From Gemmatimonadaceae bacterium (GTDB lineage: Bacteria; Gemmatimonadota; Gemmatimonadetes; Gemmatimonadales; Gemmatimonadaceae): DNA of 54,117 nt. The notes under the pieces were generated by a model. It was not told where the DNA came from, ran no database searches, and was given only the letters and a program-made list of their open reading frames with translations. Within the stretch, counting starts at the first letter, position 1, and each line of letters opens with the position of its first letter. Below are positions 37,386 through 46,181 of this stretch, piece after piece. The stretch is taken from positions 1-54,117 of the forward strand of contig JALOPN010000001.1 of assembly GCA_025453875.1 (NCBI GenBank). The letters run 5' to 3'. A program made the translations under genes and the position numbers.

Positions 37386-37868
37386 GTGGCGTCCGCGCTT
37401 CCGCGAGCACGATGCGAGGATACAGAGTTGCGCCTTGCCGCTGCGACGGCGGTGACGTCCACACGGCAGTATGCGATCGCAGCGTCGTATCGGAGCGGCC
37501 TCTCGTGCGGCGGCTGTACGCTGGCGCTCCGCGGGCTGCTGCGCGACGGAATACCGCTCCGGGCCAGCCTCGCGCGGCGCCTTGCCGAGCGGCGAAAGCG
37601 CGACTCTGGGCAGTGGAATCGGCAGCAGCGTTCGGTGCTCGCCCCCGTGTACGTGCGTCTCGCCGAGACTCGCGTCAAGGTTGAGCTCGAACTGACGGAA
37701 GGCAAGCTCCTACTCGCACTCGCGGCTCTCGGCACGTCAGGTCGATCCGGCGGAGGGACGGTGGTCATGGTGAACCAGATGCCCACCACCAGCGATCTCG
37801 TGGCGCGTATGCAGGCGCTCGTGTACGCGGCGCTCGAGGAGAGTCGCTGGTCCGCCCCCCGACGCTGA
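37386..37868 (+). CDS. hypothetical protein (weakly supported)
   Basis: It has a strong G/C preference at third codon positions across the ORF, unlike the other five frames here. The C-terminal half looks protein-like (VYVRLAETRVKVELELTEGKLLLALAALG...DLVARMQALVYAALEE). I recognise no family, and the start is unclear. Confidence 0.3.
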   Translation: MASALPRARCEDTELRLAAATAVTSTRQYAIAASYRSGLSCGGCTLALRGLLRDGIPLRASLARRLAERRKRDSGQWNRQQRSVLAPVYVRLAETRVKVELELTEGKLLLALAALGTSGRSGGGTVVMVNQMPTTSDLVARMQALVYAALEESRWSAPRR

Positions 37869-37907
37869 CACTCGTCCGAGGATCTGCCACGCTCGGCGTG
37901 GTCGAGA

Positions 37908-38735
37908 TCAGGAGCTGCTGCGCTTCACGCCCGGGCGCCTCGGCATCGTGAGCAGCGCGCGCACACTGTCGTGCTCCGCGGGGGCCATGTGCGTGTCCAC
38001 GCCGTACACGAGCTGCGTGCGGTCGAGCGTGGAGAAGGTACCGAAGAGGCGGTCCCACACGGAAAACACGTTGCCGTAGTTCGTATCGGTGTAGGGCAGG
38101 ACGTAGTGGTGATGCACCTTGTGCATGTCCGGTGAGACGAGGAGCCACGAGATCACCCGATCCACGCCCGCCGGCAGCGCGATGTTGGCGTGGTTGAACT
38201 GGCTGAGTACCACGCTCACCGACTGGTACAGAAACACCAGCCACATTGGCGCCCCCGTGACCAGCACCGCGAGCGTGGTGAAGACGAAGCGCACGACGCT
38301 CTCACCCGGATGGTGGCGGTTGGCCGTGGTGGTATCGACCTCGGTGTCGGAGTGATGCACGAGGTGCAGCCGCCAGAGCACCGGCAGCCGATGCTCGGCC
38401 CAGTGCGCCAGCCAGGCACCGATGAGGTCGAGGAGCAGCAGGCCGACAAGCGACTGCGCCCACAGGGGCAGCGCCGGCCCGGCAAAGAGCACGCCGACGC
38501 GGTTGGCCACGACCCAGTCCGAGGCGCCCACGAGCACGAAGGCCAGGGCGAAGTTGACGAGGATGGTCGTGGCCGTGAAGAAGAAGTTTCGACCGGCGTG
38601 CCGCCACTTGTCGTAGCGGAAGCGGACGAGGGGCACGGCACTTTCGAGCAGCCAGAAGACAGCGATTCCGCCGGCGAGGATGGCGGCGCGGTGCGACGAC
38701 GGAATGGTGGCGAAGTAGTCGACGAGACGGGCCAT
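37908..38735 (-). CDS. sterol desaturase/fatty acid hydroxylase family membrane protein
   Basis: The three His boxes are HWAEH, HLVHH and HKVHHH, and there are four or more hydrophobic segments. Confidence 0.85.
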   Translation of the reverse strand: MARLVDYFATIPSSHRAAILAGGIAVFWLLESAVPLVRFRYDKWRHAGRNFFFTATTILVNFALAFVLVGASDWVVANRVGVLFAGPALPLWAQSLVGLLLLDLIGAWLAHWAEHRLPVLWRLHLVHHSDTEVDTTTANRHHPGESVVRFVFTTLAVLVTGAPMWLVFLYQSVSVVLSQFNHANIALPAGVDRVISWLLVSPDMHKVHHHYVLPYTDTNYGNVFSVWDRLFGTFSTLDRTQLVYGVDTHMAPAEHDSVRALLTMPRRPGVKRSSS

Positions 38736-38820
38736 GCGCGGGAATCAACCGGCCAGCCGGCGCGTCGGCAAATGGCCCGCACGCCCGAGCGGGGGCGGGC
38801 GGCACCGCTCGACCGCGCGG

Positions 38821-38870
38821 CTTGACAGTCGCCGTACCGGGCACAACTTTGTTCACCGTCCGAACAAAGT
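38821..38870 (+). promoter_or_regulatory. putative promoter (-35-like CTTGACAG) plus 9-7-9 palindromic operator upstream of the GH-barrel gene
   Basis: CTTGACAG lies at 38821..38828 and ACTTTGTTC-accgtcc-GAACAAAGT at 38846..38870. The same 8-mer and the same half-sites recur on the minus strand at 52333..52385. The palindrome ends 60 nt before the ATG at 38931. Confidence 0.65.
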
Positions 38871-38930
38871 AGCTCGGATCCCGCCTCCCGTTCCCCTCCC
38901 CGCGGCTGTCCCTCTCAGGACGAGGTCCTC

Positions 38931-41900
38931 ATGCGATCGTCCCGCCCCTTGCCAACCGGCACCCCGACCCCGCGTCGGCGGCCGATGGCGCGCCTCTGGC
39001 TGTCGGCCCTTGCGGCGCTGCTCAGCGTGTCGCGGCCGGCGGCCGCCCAGCAGGCGGTCCGGGTGGTCACCGATGCCGGCGGCAGTCGCCTGCAAGTCGA
39101 CGGCACAGACTTCATGGTCCTCGGGATGAACTGGGACTACTTCCCGATCGGCCAGAACTACGCGTACAACTTCTGGGGCCAATCCGACGCGTTCATCCAG
39201 GCCGCGCTCGACCGCGAGATGGCGCTGCTCAAGAGCATGGGCGTGAACACGATCCGACAGTACGTCGGCGTGCCGCCGCGGTGGGTGCGCTACATCTACG
39301 AGAAATACGGCATTTACACGGTGCTCAACCACGCGGTGGGTCGCTACGGCGTGACCGTGAACGGCGCGTATCGGGCCAGCACCGACTACTCCGATCCGGC
39401 GGTGCGGCAGCTGCTGCGCAACGAGGTCACCGCCATGGTGGAGTCGTTCCGCGGTACGCCCGGTGTGCTGATGTATCTGCTCGGCAATGAGAACAACTAC
39501 GGGCTCGAGTGGAAGTCGGCCGAGACCGAGAACCTGCCGGTGGGTGAGCGCAACGCCGCGAAGGCGCGCTACCTCTATTCGCTCATGGGAGAGATCGCGC
39601 GCGCCGTGAAGGCGATCGATCCGTCACGTCCGGTGGCGATGGCCAACGGCGATCTGCAGTACATCGACATCATCGCGCAGGAAGCGAAGGGGCTCGATGT
39701 GTTCGGCGCGAACGTCTATCGCGGCATCTCGTTCGGGACGCTCTTTCAGGAAGTGAAGGACAAGCTCGGCTTGCCGGTGATGTTCACCGAGTTCGGCGCC
39801 GACGCGTACAACGCACGCGAGCGTCGTGAGGACCAGGTCACGCAGGCGAAGTATCTGCTCGGGCAGTGGCGCGAGATCTACGCGCAGGCGGCGGGCAAGG
39901 GCGGCGTGGGCAACTCGATCGGCGGCATGACGTTCCAGTGGTCGGATGGCTGGTGGAAGGTGGGACAGGAGTCCAACCTCGATGTGCAGGACACCGACGC
40001 CGGGTGGTCGAATCAGGCGTACCCCGAGGACTGGATGCCCGGGGACAACAACATGAACGAAGAGTGGTGGGGCATCATGGCGAAGGGTCGCCCCGACGCC
40101 TCGGGACAGTTCCGCCTGTATCCGCGCGCCGCGTACTACGCGCTGCAGCGCGCCTACACACTCGACCCCTACGCGCCCACCACCACGCGCGCCGCGATCG
40201 ACGCGCATTTTGCCGGCATTGCGCCCGCCGCCATGGAGCTGCTCGCGCAGGGTGACCAGGGGGCACGAAGCGCCGCGCAGAACGATCGGTTCCGCATCGC
40301 CGGCATGCGTCTCGAACTGTCAACGTTCAACACGGGCGGCGCCAACATCACCACACCGGGCAGCACGAGCCCGAGCGCGACGGCGCGTCCCGCGTTCCGC
40401 GGCTTCGATCATCTCGAGTCGTACTTCGTGGACGTCGAAGCGAACCCGGCGCCGAATGTTTCGGCTACGCTCTCGATGAACGTGGTGGGCAACGTGCCGG
40501 ACAACCCGATCAACGAACTGTTCTACGAATCGCGCGCGCGCGATCGGACGCTGCGCACCGATGGCGCCAACCTCACCACGAACGGCTTCGAACGCCTGCG
40601 CGTGTACGGGGCGAAGCTGCGCTGGGACGAGCGCGACTTCCGCATCGACGGCTTCTATCGCACGGGGCACTACCACTGGGGCTACGAGGGCGACTTCTTC
40701 GGCCTCTATCGCGAAGCCAACTACGGGCGCAACATCGACATCTACGGCGGCGAAGCACCGCTCGGCTTCGAGTTCACCGGCAAGCGCTCGCTCAACGGCT
40801 TCAAGTTCGCGCTCGGCCCGGAACTCTGGTGGGGCGCCAATCCCGCGCTGCTCGCGAAGTATCAGCGTGACATCGCCGGCGTGAAGGTGACGGGTGTGTT
40901 CCAGGAGGACTTCACGCGCCGCGGCGCCACGGCCAGTTCGTTCGCCGTGCCGCAGCCGAAGGTGCGCACGTCGACGCTGCACCTGCAGACCAACGTCGGC
41001 CTCGCGCAGGTTGAGCTGGGCGGCATCTGGGGCGGCAACACCCGCGTCGGGCGTGCGTTCCAGATCGCCGATGGCGAACCGGGCAACTATCGCGTGCTCG
41101 GTGATCGCGTGAAGGCGAGCGACGCGTGGGGTGGCAAGGCGAAGGTGAGTGTCTCGGCCGGTCGCATCAACTGGTACGCGCAGGGCGCCGCGATGGGTCT
41201 CGTGGCCGACGGTGGCCCGACCGCCACCATGACCTTCACCGGCTGGCAGTTGAAGGACACGGGCATGGGCAATCAGTGGAACGCGCTGTCCGGCCTCACG
41301 TACACGCTCGGGAACTGGCAGATCGCGCCCAACTTCCTCTGGCAGAAGCCCATCGTGGGGCCGGTGCCGAGCGATGTGCCGGCGCCCGGCCGTCCGCGCA
41401 ACATCCTCGACGATCCGTTCTCGGTGCGCTGGAATCGTGAGACGGTGGCCGGCGAAATGCTGCTCACCTTCGACCCGACGCCGGCGACGTACTTCCACCT
41501 GTGGGACAACGACCTGCGCGAGGATGCGCGATTCGCGTTCAACCTCGGGTACGTCTATCGCCACCTGCCCACCACGCAGGACGCCGCCATCGGTATCCTC
41601 GCGGATGGTCGCACGTTCTTCGCCTTCCCCGGTGCAGCACCCGCGCAGGATCTGTGGGAAGTGCGGAGCCGCATCGTGTCGCGGCTGACGCCGGATATCC
41701 GACTCATCGCCAATCTCTTTGGCGGGACGGGACAGGCCAACGGTGACAGCGATCGCCTCATCAAGCGCTACGGCGGCGATCTGCGCGTCGTACGCGGTCA
41801 GGTCAAGCTGCAGGGCGAGGCCCGGTTCAACGACTGGGGACCGTTCGACTACCACCGCGACTTCAACCTCACCTTCCCCACGCAGTACGCGGCCGACCTG

Positions 41901-42110
41901 TCGTATTCGCTGGGTGCGCCGAGCTTCCTCGATTCGCCGGCGACGCGCTTCGGCGTCCGCGGGATCTGGCGCAGCCTCGATCGGTTCTCGCCGCGCTACT
42001 GCCCGGCGCAGGTGGCGGATTCGTTCGGCACGCTGACGTGTGATCCGACCGCCCCCGGCCCGCGTGGTTCCGAGTGGGAAGTGCGCACGTACCTCATGGT
42101 GGGCTGGTGA
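38931..42110 (+). CDS. secreted clan GH-A (beta/alpha)8 glycoside hydrolase domain fused to a large C-terminal outer-membrane-type beta-barrel
   Basis: The signal is MARLWLSALAALLSVSRPAAAQQ. The N-terminal ~400 aa carry NTIRQY, LLGNENNY (acid/base NE) and VMFTEFGADAY (nucleophile E). The C-terminal ~650 aa are rich in alternating-hydrophobic, aromatic strands and end ...EVRTYLMVGW. The alternative start is the ATG at 38985. Confidence 0.75.
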   Translation: MRSSRPLPTGTPTPRRRPMARLWLSALAALLSVSRPAAAQQAVRVVTDAGGSRLQVDGTDFMVLGMNWDYFPIGQNYAYNFWGQSDAFIQAALDREMALLKSMGVNTIRQYVGVPPRWVRYIYEKYGIYTVLNHAVGRYGVTVNGAYRASTDYSDPAVRQLLRNEVTAMVESFRGTPGVLMYLLGNENNYGLEWKSAETENLPVGERNAAKARYLYSLMGEIARAVKAIDPSRPVAMANGDLQYIDIIAQEAKGLDVFGANVYRGISFGTLFQEVKDKLGLPVMFTEFGADAYNARERREDQVTQAKYLLGQWREIYAQAAGKGGVGNSIGGMTFQWSDGWWKVGQESNLDVQDTDAGWSNQAYPEDWMPGDNNMNEEWWGIMAKGRPDASGQFRLYPRAAYYALQRAYTLDPYAPTTTRAAIDAHFAGIAPAAMELLAQGDQGARSAAQNDRFRIAGMRLELSTFNTGGANITTPGSTSPSATARPAFRGFDHLESYFVDVEANPAPNVSATLSMNVVGNVPDNPINELFYESRARDRTLRTDGANLTTNGFERLRVYGAKLRWDERDFRIDGFYRTGHYHWGYEGDFFGLYREANYGRNIDIYGGEAPLGFEFTGKRSLNGFKFALGPELWWGANPALLAKYQRDIAGVKVTGVFQEDFTRRGATASSFAVPQPKVRTSTLHLQTNVGLAQVELGGIWGGNTRVGRAFQIADGEPGNYRVLGDRVKASDAWGGKAKVSVSAGRINWYAQGAAMGLVADGGPTATMTFTGWQLKDTGMGNQWNALSGLTYTLGNWQIAPNFLWQKPIVGPVPSDVPAPGRPRNILDDPFSVRWNRETVAGEMLLTFDPTPATYFHLWDNDLREDARFAFNLGYVYRHLPTTQDAAIGILADGRTFFAFPGAAPAQDLWEVRSRIVSRLTPDIRLIANLFGGTGQANGDSDRLIKRYGGDLRVVRGQVKLQGEARFNDWGPFDYHRDFNLTFPTQYAADLSYSLGAPSFLDSPATRFGVRGIWRSLDRFSPRYCPAQVADSFGTLTCDPTAPGPRGSEWEVRTYLMVGW

Positions 42111-44329
42111 CGCGCACGGCGTCGCTGCAGGCGGCCGAAATCGAGCAGCGCATCACCGCGCTGCTCGAGCGCATGTCGCTCGACGAAAAGGTCGGGCAGC
42201 TCACGCTCTTGCAGGCGGGCGGTGGTCACATCCCCGAGCATCTGCGTGAGGATGTACGCGCGGGGCGCGTTGGCGCCGTGCTCAACGAAGTGCACGTCGA
42301 CACCGCCAACGAGTTGCAGCGCATCGCCACCGAAGAGAGCCGGCTCGGTATTCCGCTGCTCGTGGGGCGTGATGTGATTCACGGCTTTACCACGGTATTC
42401 CCGATTCCGCTCGGCCAGGCGGCCAGTTGGGACCCGGCGCTCGTGACCGCCTGCGCGCGCGTGGCGGCGCAGGAATCCGCCGCGTGTGGCGTGAACTGGA
42501 CGTTCGCGCCCATGCTCGACATCGCGCGCGATCCGCGGTGGGGACGCATCGCCGAATCGCTCGGCGAGGATCCGGTGCTCGCCGGACAACTCGGCGCCGC
42601 GATGGTGCGCGGCTTCCAGGGCGATGACCTCGCCAAGCCCGGCGCGATTGCGGCGTGCGCCAAGCACTTCGCCGCGTACGGTGCGAGCGAGAGCGGACGC
42701 GACTACAACTCCACCAACGTCCCCGAGAACGAACTGCGCAACGTCTATCTGCCGCCCTTCAAGGCGGCGCTGGACGCGGGCGCGGCGAGTGTGATGACGT
42801 CGTTCTCCGATCTCGATGGGGTGCCCGCTTCGGCCAACACGTTCCTCCTGCGCGACATCCTGCGCGAGGAATGGCGCTCCGATGCGATGGTAGTGAGCGA
42901 CTGGGATTCCATCCGGCAGCTCGCCGTGCACGGCTTTACCGAAGATGACCGCAGCTCCGCCTTCGAAGCGGCGCGGGCCGGTGTGGATCTCGAGATGGCA
43001 AGCACGACGTATCGGGATCATTTGCCGTCGCTCGTGCGGGATGGGCGCCTCACCGAATCGCGCATCGACGCGCTCGTGCGCAACGTGCTGCGCCTCAAGT
43101 TCCGACTGGGGTTGTTCGAGTCGGCGCAGACCGATGCTGCCCGCTTCGCACCGGCGGCGTCGCCGTCGCATCTGGCGCTCGCGTACGAAGCGGCCGTCGG
43201 TAGCGCCGTGCTGCTGACCAATCGCGACTGGGCGTTGCCGCTGGATGCCTCGACGCTCACCTCGCTCGCCGTAATCGGCCCGCTGGCGGATGATCCGCAT
43301 GAGCAGCTGGGCACGTGGGTGTTCGATGGCGATGCACAGTACAGTCGCACCATCCTCGACGCCGTGCGTGCGCACGTGGGCGATCGGATCGATGTCCGCT
43401 TCGCCCGCGGTGTCGCCAATACGCGCTCTCGGCGCACGGATCTGATCGACGAGGCGGTAGCGCTCGCCGCCAACTCCGAGGTGACCGTGCTCGTGCTCGG
43501 CGAAGAGGCCATCCTCTCGGGCGAAGCGCACTGCCGCGCTGACGTCACGTTGCCGGGCGCGCAGCAGGCGCTGCTCGAAGCGGTGGCGGCGACCGGCACC
43601 AAGGTGATCGTGGTGCTCATGACCGGGCGCCCGCTGGCGCTCGAGGCCGCCGTACCGCACGCGCACGCGATGCTCTGTGTGTGGCATCCGGGCAGCATGG
43701 CGGGACCGGCGGTCAGCGACCTGCTGTTCGGCGTCCGGTCACCCTCGGGCAAGCTCCCCGTCACGTTCCCGCGGGTGACCGGGCAGATCCCCATCTACTA
43801 CGCGCACAAGCACACGGGCAAGCCCGTGACGCCCGAGTCGTATATTCACCAGGAAGACATCGAACCGCGTGCCCATCAGGTCTCCGTGGGAAACACGTCG
43901 TTCCACCTCGACACGCACTACACACCGCTCTTTCCGTTCGGTCATGGACTGTCCTACAGTCACGTGGAGTACGAACATCTGTGGTCGAGCTCGGGGGTGC
44001 TGCCCATGGAGGGACGCCTCACCCTCGGTGTGGACGTCGTGAACGTCGGTCCGCGCGATACCGTGGAAACGGTGCAGCTCTACGTGCGCGATCTCGTGGG
44101 CGATGTGACGCGACCGGTGCGCGAGCTCAAGGCGTTCACGCGTGTGGCTCTGGCGCGTGGCGAACGACGCACTGTCGAGTTCACGATCACACCGCGCGAT
44201 CTGGCCTTCTACGGCCGTGCGCAGCGACTGCTCGTCGAGCCGGGCCGATTCCACGCGTGGATCGGCGGTTCTTCGACCGCAGAGCTGCGCACGGAGTTCA
44301 CGCTGCTCGATCACGCCACCAGCGCCTGA
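42107..44329 (+). CDS. GH3 beta-glucosidase (BglX-like), no signal peptide
   Basis: LDEKVGQL, GRDVIHG, DIARDPRWGRIAESLGEDP, MTSFSDLDG, and VVSDWDSI as the nucleophile region. The GTG at 42107 overlaps the upstream TGA (GTGA). Confidence 0.9.
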   Translation: MTRTASLQAAEIEQRITALLERMSLDEKVGQLTLLQAGGGHIPEHLREDVRAGRVGAVLNEVHVDTANELQRIATEESRLGIPLLVGRDVIHGFTTVFPIPLGQAASWDPALVTACARVAAQESAACGVNWTFAPMLDIARDPRWGRIAESLGEDPVLAGQLGAAMVRGFQGDDLAKPGAIAACAKHFAAYGASESGRDYNSTNVPENELRNVYLPPFKAALDAGAASVMTSFSDLDGVPASANTFLLRDILREEWRSDAMVVSDWDSIRQLAVHGFTEDDRSSAFEAARAGVDLEMASTTYRDHLPSLVRDGRLTESRIDALVRNVLRLKFRLGLFESAQTDAARFAPAASPSHLALAYEAAVGSAVLLTNRDWALPLDASTLTSLAVIGPLADDPHEQLGTWVFDGDAQYSRTILDAVRAHVGDRIDVRFARGVANTRSRRTDLIDEAVALAANSEVTVLVLGEEAILSGEAHCRADVTLPGAQQALLEAVAATGTKVIVVLMTGRPLALEAAVPHAHAMLCVWHPGSMAGPAVSDLLFGVRSPSGKLPVTFPRVTGQIPIYYAHKHTGKPVTPESYIHQEDIEPRAHQVSVGNTSFHLDTHYTPLFPFGHGLSYSHVEYEHLWSSSGVLPMEGRLTLGVDVVNVGPRDTVETVQLYVRDLVGDVTRPVRELKAFTRVALARGERRTVEFTITPRDLAFYGRAQRLLVEPGRFHAWIGGSSTAELRTEFTLLDHATSA

Positions 44330-44351
44330 CCATTCAGACGTTTCCGTCATC

Positions 44352-46130
44352 ATGACTGCGTTGCCTTCACAGACGCCCGCCGATCCTGCGGCGGTTGACC
44401 AGCTGCTGTCGCGGCTGTCGCTCGAGCAGAAGATCGGCCAGATGATTCAGGCCGAACGCATGGCCATCACACCGGATGAGGTGGCCGAGTATCACATCGG
44501 CTCGATCCTCAGTGGCGGTGGCTCGGCGCCTGGCGCGAATCAGCCCGCCGACTGGATCGCGATGAACGACGCCTACTGGGCCGCCTCGATGCGCGAGGGA
44601 CCGGGGCGTGTGCCCATTCCGTTGGTGTACGGCGTGGACGCGATTCACGGCCACACCAACGTGCTCGGCGCCACGGTGTTTCCGCACAACATCGGCCTTG
44701 GGGCGACTAATGATCCGTCGCTCATCGAACGCATCGCGCGTGCGACCGCGCTCGAGATTCTCGCCACCGGTGTGGACTGGACGTTCGCGCCGACGCTGGC
44801 CGTGGTGCAGGATCCACGCTGGGGCCGCACGTACGAGAGCTTCTCCGACGATCCGGCGCTCGTGGCGCGCTACGCCGCGCCCTACGTGCGTGGGCTGCAG
44901 GATGGCGGAAGCGACGCGGGTGTCATTGCGTGCGCCAAGCACTGGGTGGGCGACGGTGGCACGACGGACGGCAACGATCAGGGCAACACCGTGCTCTCCG
45001 AAGCCGAGTTGGAGCGCGTGCACATGACGCCGTACCGACCGGCCATCGAGGCCGGCGTCCTCACCGTCATGGCGTCGTTCAACAGCTGGAACGGCGAGAA
45101 GTGTCACGGACATCGGTACCTGCTCACCGATGTGCTCAAGGGCCGACTCGGCTTCGACGGGTTCATCATTTCCGATTGGGACGGCGTCGAGTATCTCGAC
45201 GAGGATCTCGGTGTGGCGATCGAACGGTGCGTGAACGCCGGCGTCGACATGCTGATGATCTCCGTCGAGTGGAAGCGCTACATCGAGCTGCTGCTCGCGA
45301 GTGTGCGCGCGGGTCGGATTCCGATGGCGCGCATCGACGACGCGGTGCGGCGCATTCTGTCGGTGAAGCAACGCTGCGGCTTGCTGTCGCGCGTGCGTCC
45401 GGCCGAGCGGACGACAGCGACGCCCGGTGTGCTCGGTGCGCCCGCACATCGCGCGTTGGCGCGCGAAGCGGTGCGGGCGTCGCTCGTGCTGCTGCAGCAT
45501 GACAAACAGATACTGCCGCTCGCGCCGTCGGCTCGCGTGCTCGTTGCCGGCCGCAATGCCGACAACCGTGGACATCAGTGCGGCGGCTTTACGGTGGCGT
45601 GGCAGGGTACGAATGGCAACGACCAGATCATTGGCGGGACGTCGATCTGGGAAGGCATTCAGGCGCAGACGCCACACGCCGAGTTCAGCCTCGACGGTGA
45701 CGCGGCCGATGCGACGCGGCATGACGTGGCCATCGTGGTGATCGGCGAGCGGCCGTACGCTGAAGGGATGGGTGACATTCGACCCGACCGGAAGGTCGCG
45801 CCGGGGTCGAGTCCGGCGGGCCGCACGGCGCAACTCGCTCCGTACGGACAGTCGCTGGTGAATGCCGAGCTGCACCCGGACGATCTCGCGACCATTCAGC
45901 GCATTCAGGCGCGTGGCGTACCAGTCGTGGCCGTGATGATTTCCGGTCGCCCGCTTCGTGTGGACGCCGAGCTCGCGCACACGGCAGCGTTTGTGGCCGC
46001 GTGGCTGCCGGGGTCGGAAGGGCAGGGCGTGGCCGATGTGCTCTTCGGTGCGGCGCCGTTCAGCGGGACGCTCCCGATGCCGTGGCCGCACGGCGATGGC
46101 GTCTGGCCGCGCGGCTACGGACTGCGCTGA
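44352..46130 (+). CDS. GH3 exo-beta-glucanase/beta-glucosidase (ExoI/ExoP-like), no signal peptide
   Basis: LEQKIGQM, YGVDAIHGH, VVQDPRWGRTYESFSDDP and FIISDWDGV. I chose the ATG at 44352 (MTALPSQ); the track start at 44142 overlaps the upstream gene. Confidence 0.9.
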   Translation: MTALPSQTPADPAAVDQLLSRLSLEQKIGQMIQAERMAITPDEVAEYHIGSILSGGGSAPGANQPADWIAMNDAYWAASMREGPGRVPIPLVYGVDAIHGHTNVLGATVFPHNIGLGATNDPSLIERIARATALEILATGVDWTFAPTLAVVQDPRWGRTYESFSDDPALVARYAAPYVRGLQDGGSDAGVIACAKHWVGDGGTTDGNDQGNTVLSEAELERVHMTPYRPAIEAGVLTVMASFNSWNGEKCHGHRYLLTDVLKGRLGFDGFIISDWDGVEYLDEDLGVAIERCVNAGVDMLMISVEWKRYIELLLASVRAGRIPMARIDDAVRRILSVKQRCGLLSRVRPAERTTATPGVLGAPAHRALAREAVRASLVLLQHDKQILPLAPSARVLVAGRNADNRGHQCGGFTVAWQGTNGNDQIIGGTSIWEGIQAQTPHAEFSLDGDAADATRHDVAIVVIGERPYAEGMGDIRPDRKVAPGSSPAGRTAQLAPYGQSLVNAELHPDDLATIQRIQARGVPVVAVMISGRPLRVDAELAHTAAFVAAWLPGSEGQGVADVLFGAAPFSGTLPMPWPHGDGVWPRGYGLR

Positions 46131-46142
46131 CGCGACGATACA

Positions 46143-46171
46143 GGCCCGTGCGATGCATGATCGCACGGGCC
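46143..46171. terminator. bidirectional terminator hairpin between convergent GH3 and MFS genes
   Basis: GGCCCGTGCGAT-gcatg-ATCGCACGGGCC is a perfect 12-bp stem, followed by TTGTT on the plus strand. Confidence 0.6.
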
Positions 46172-46181
46172 TTGTTCGAGC

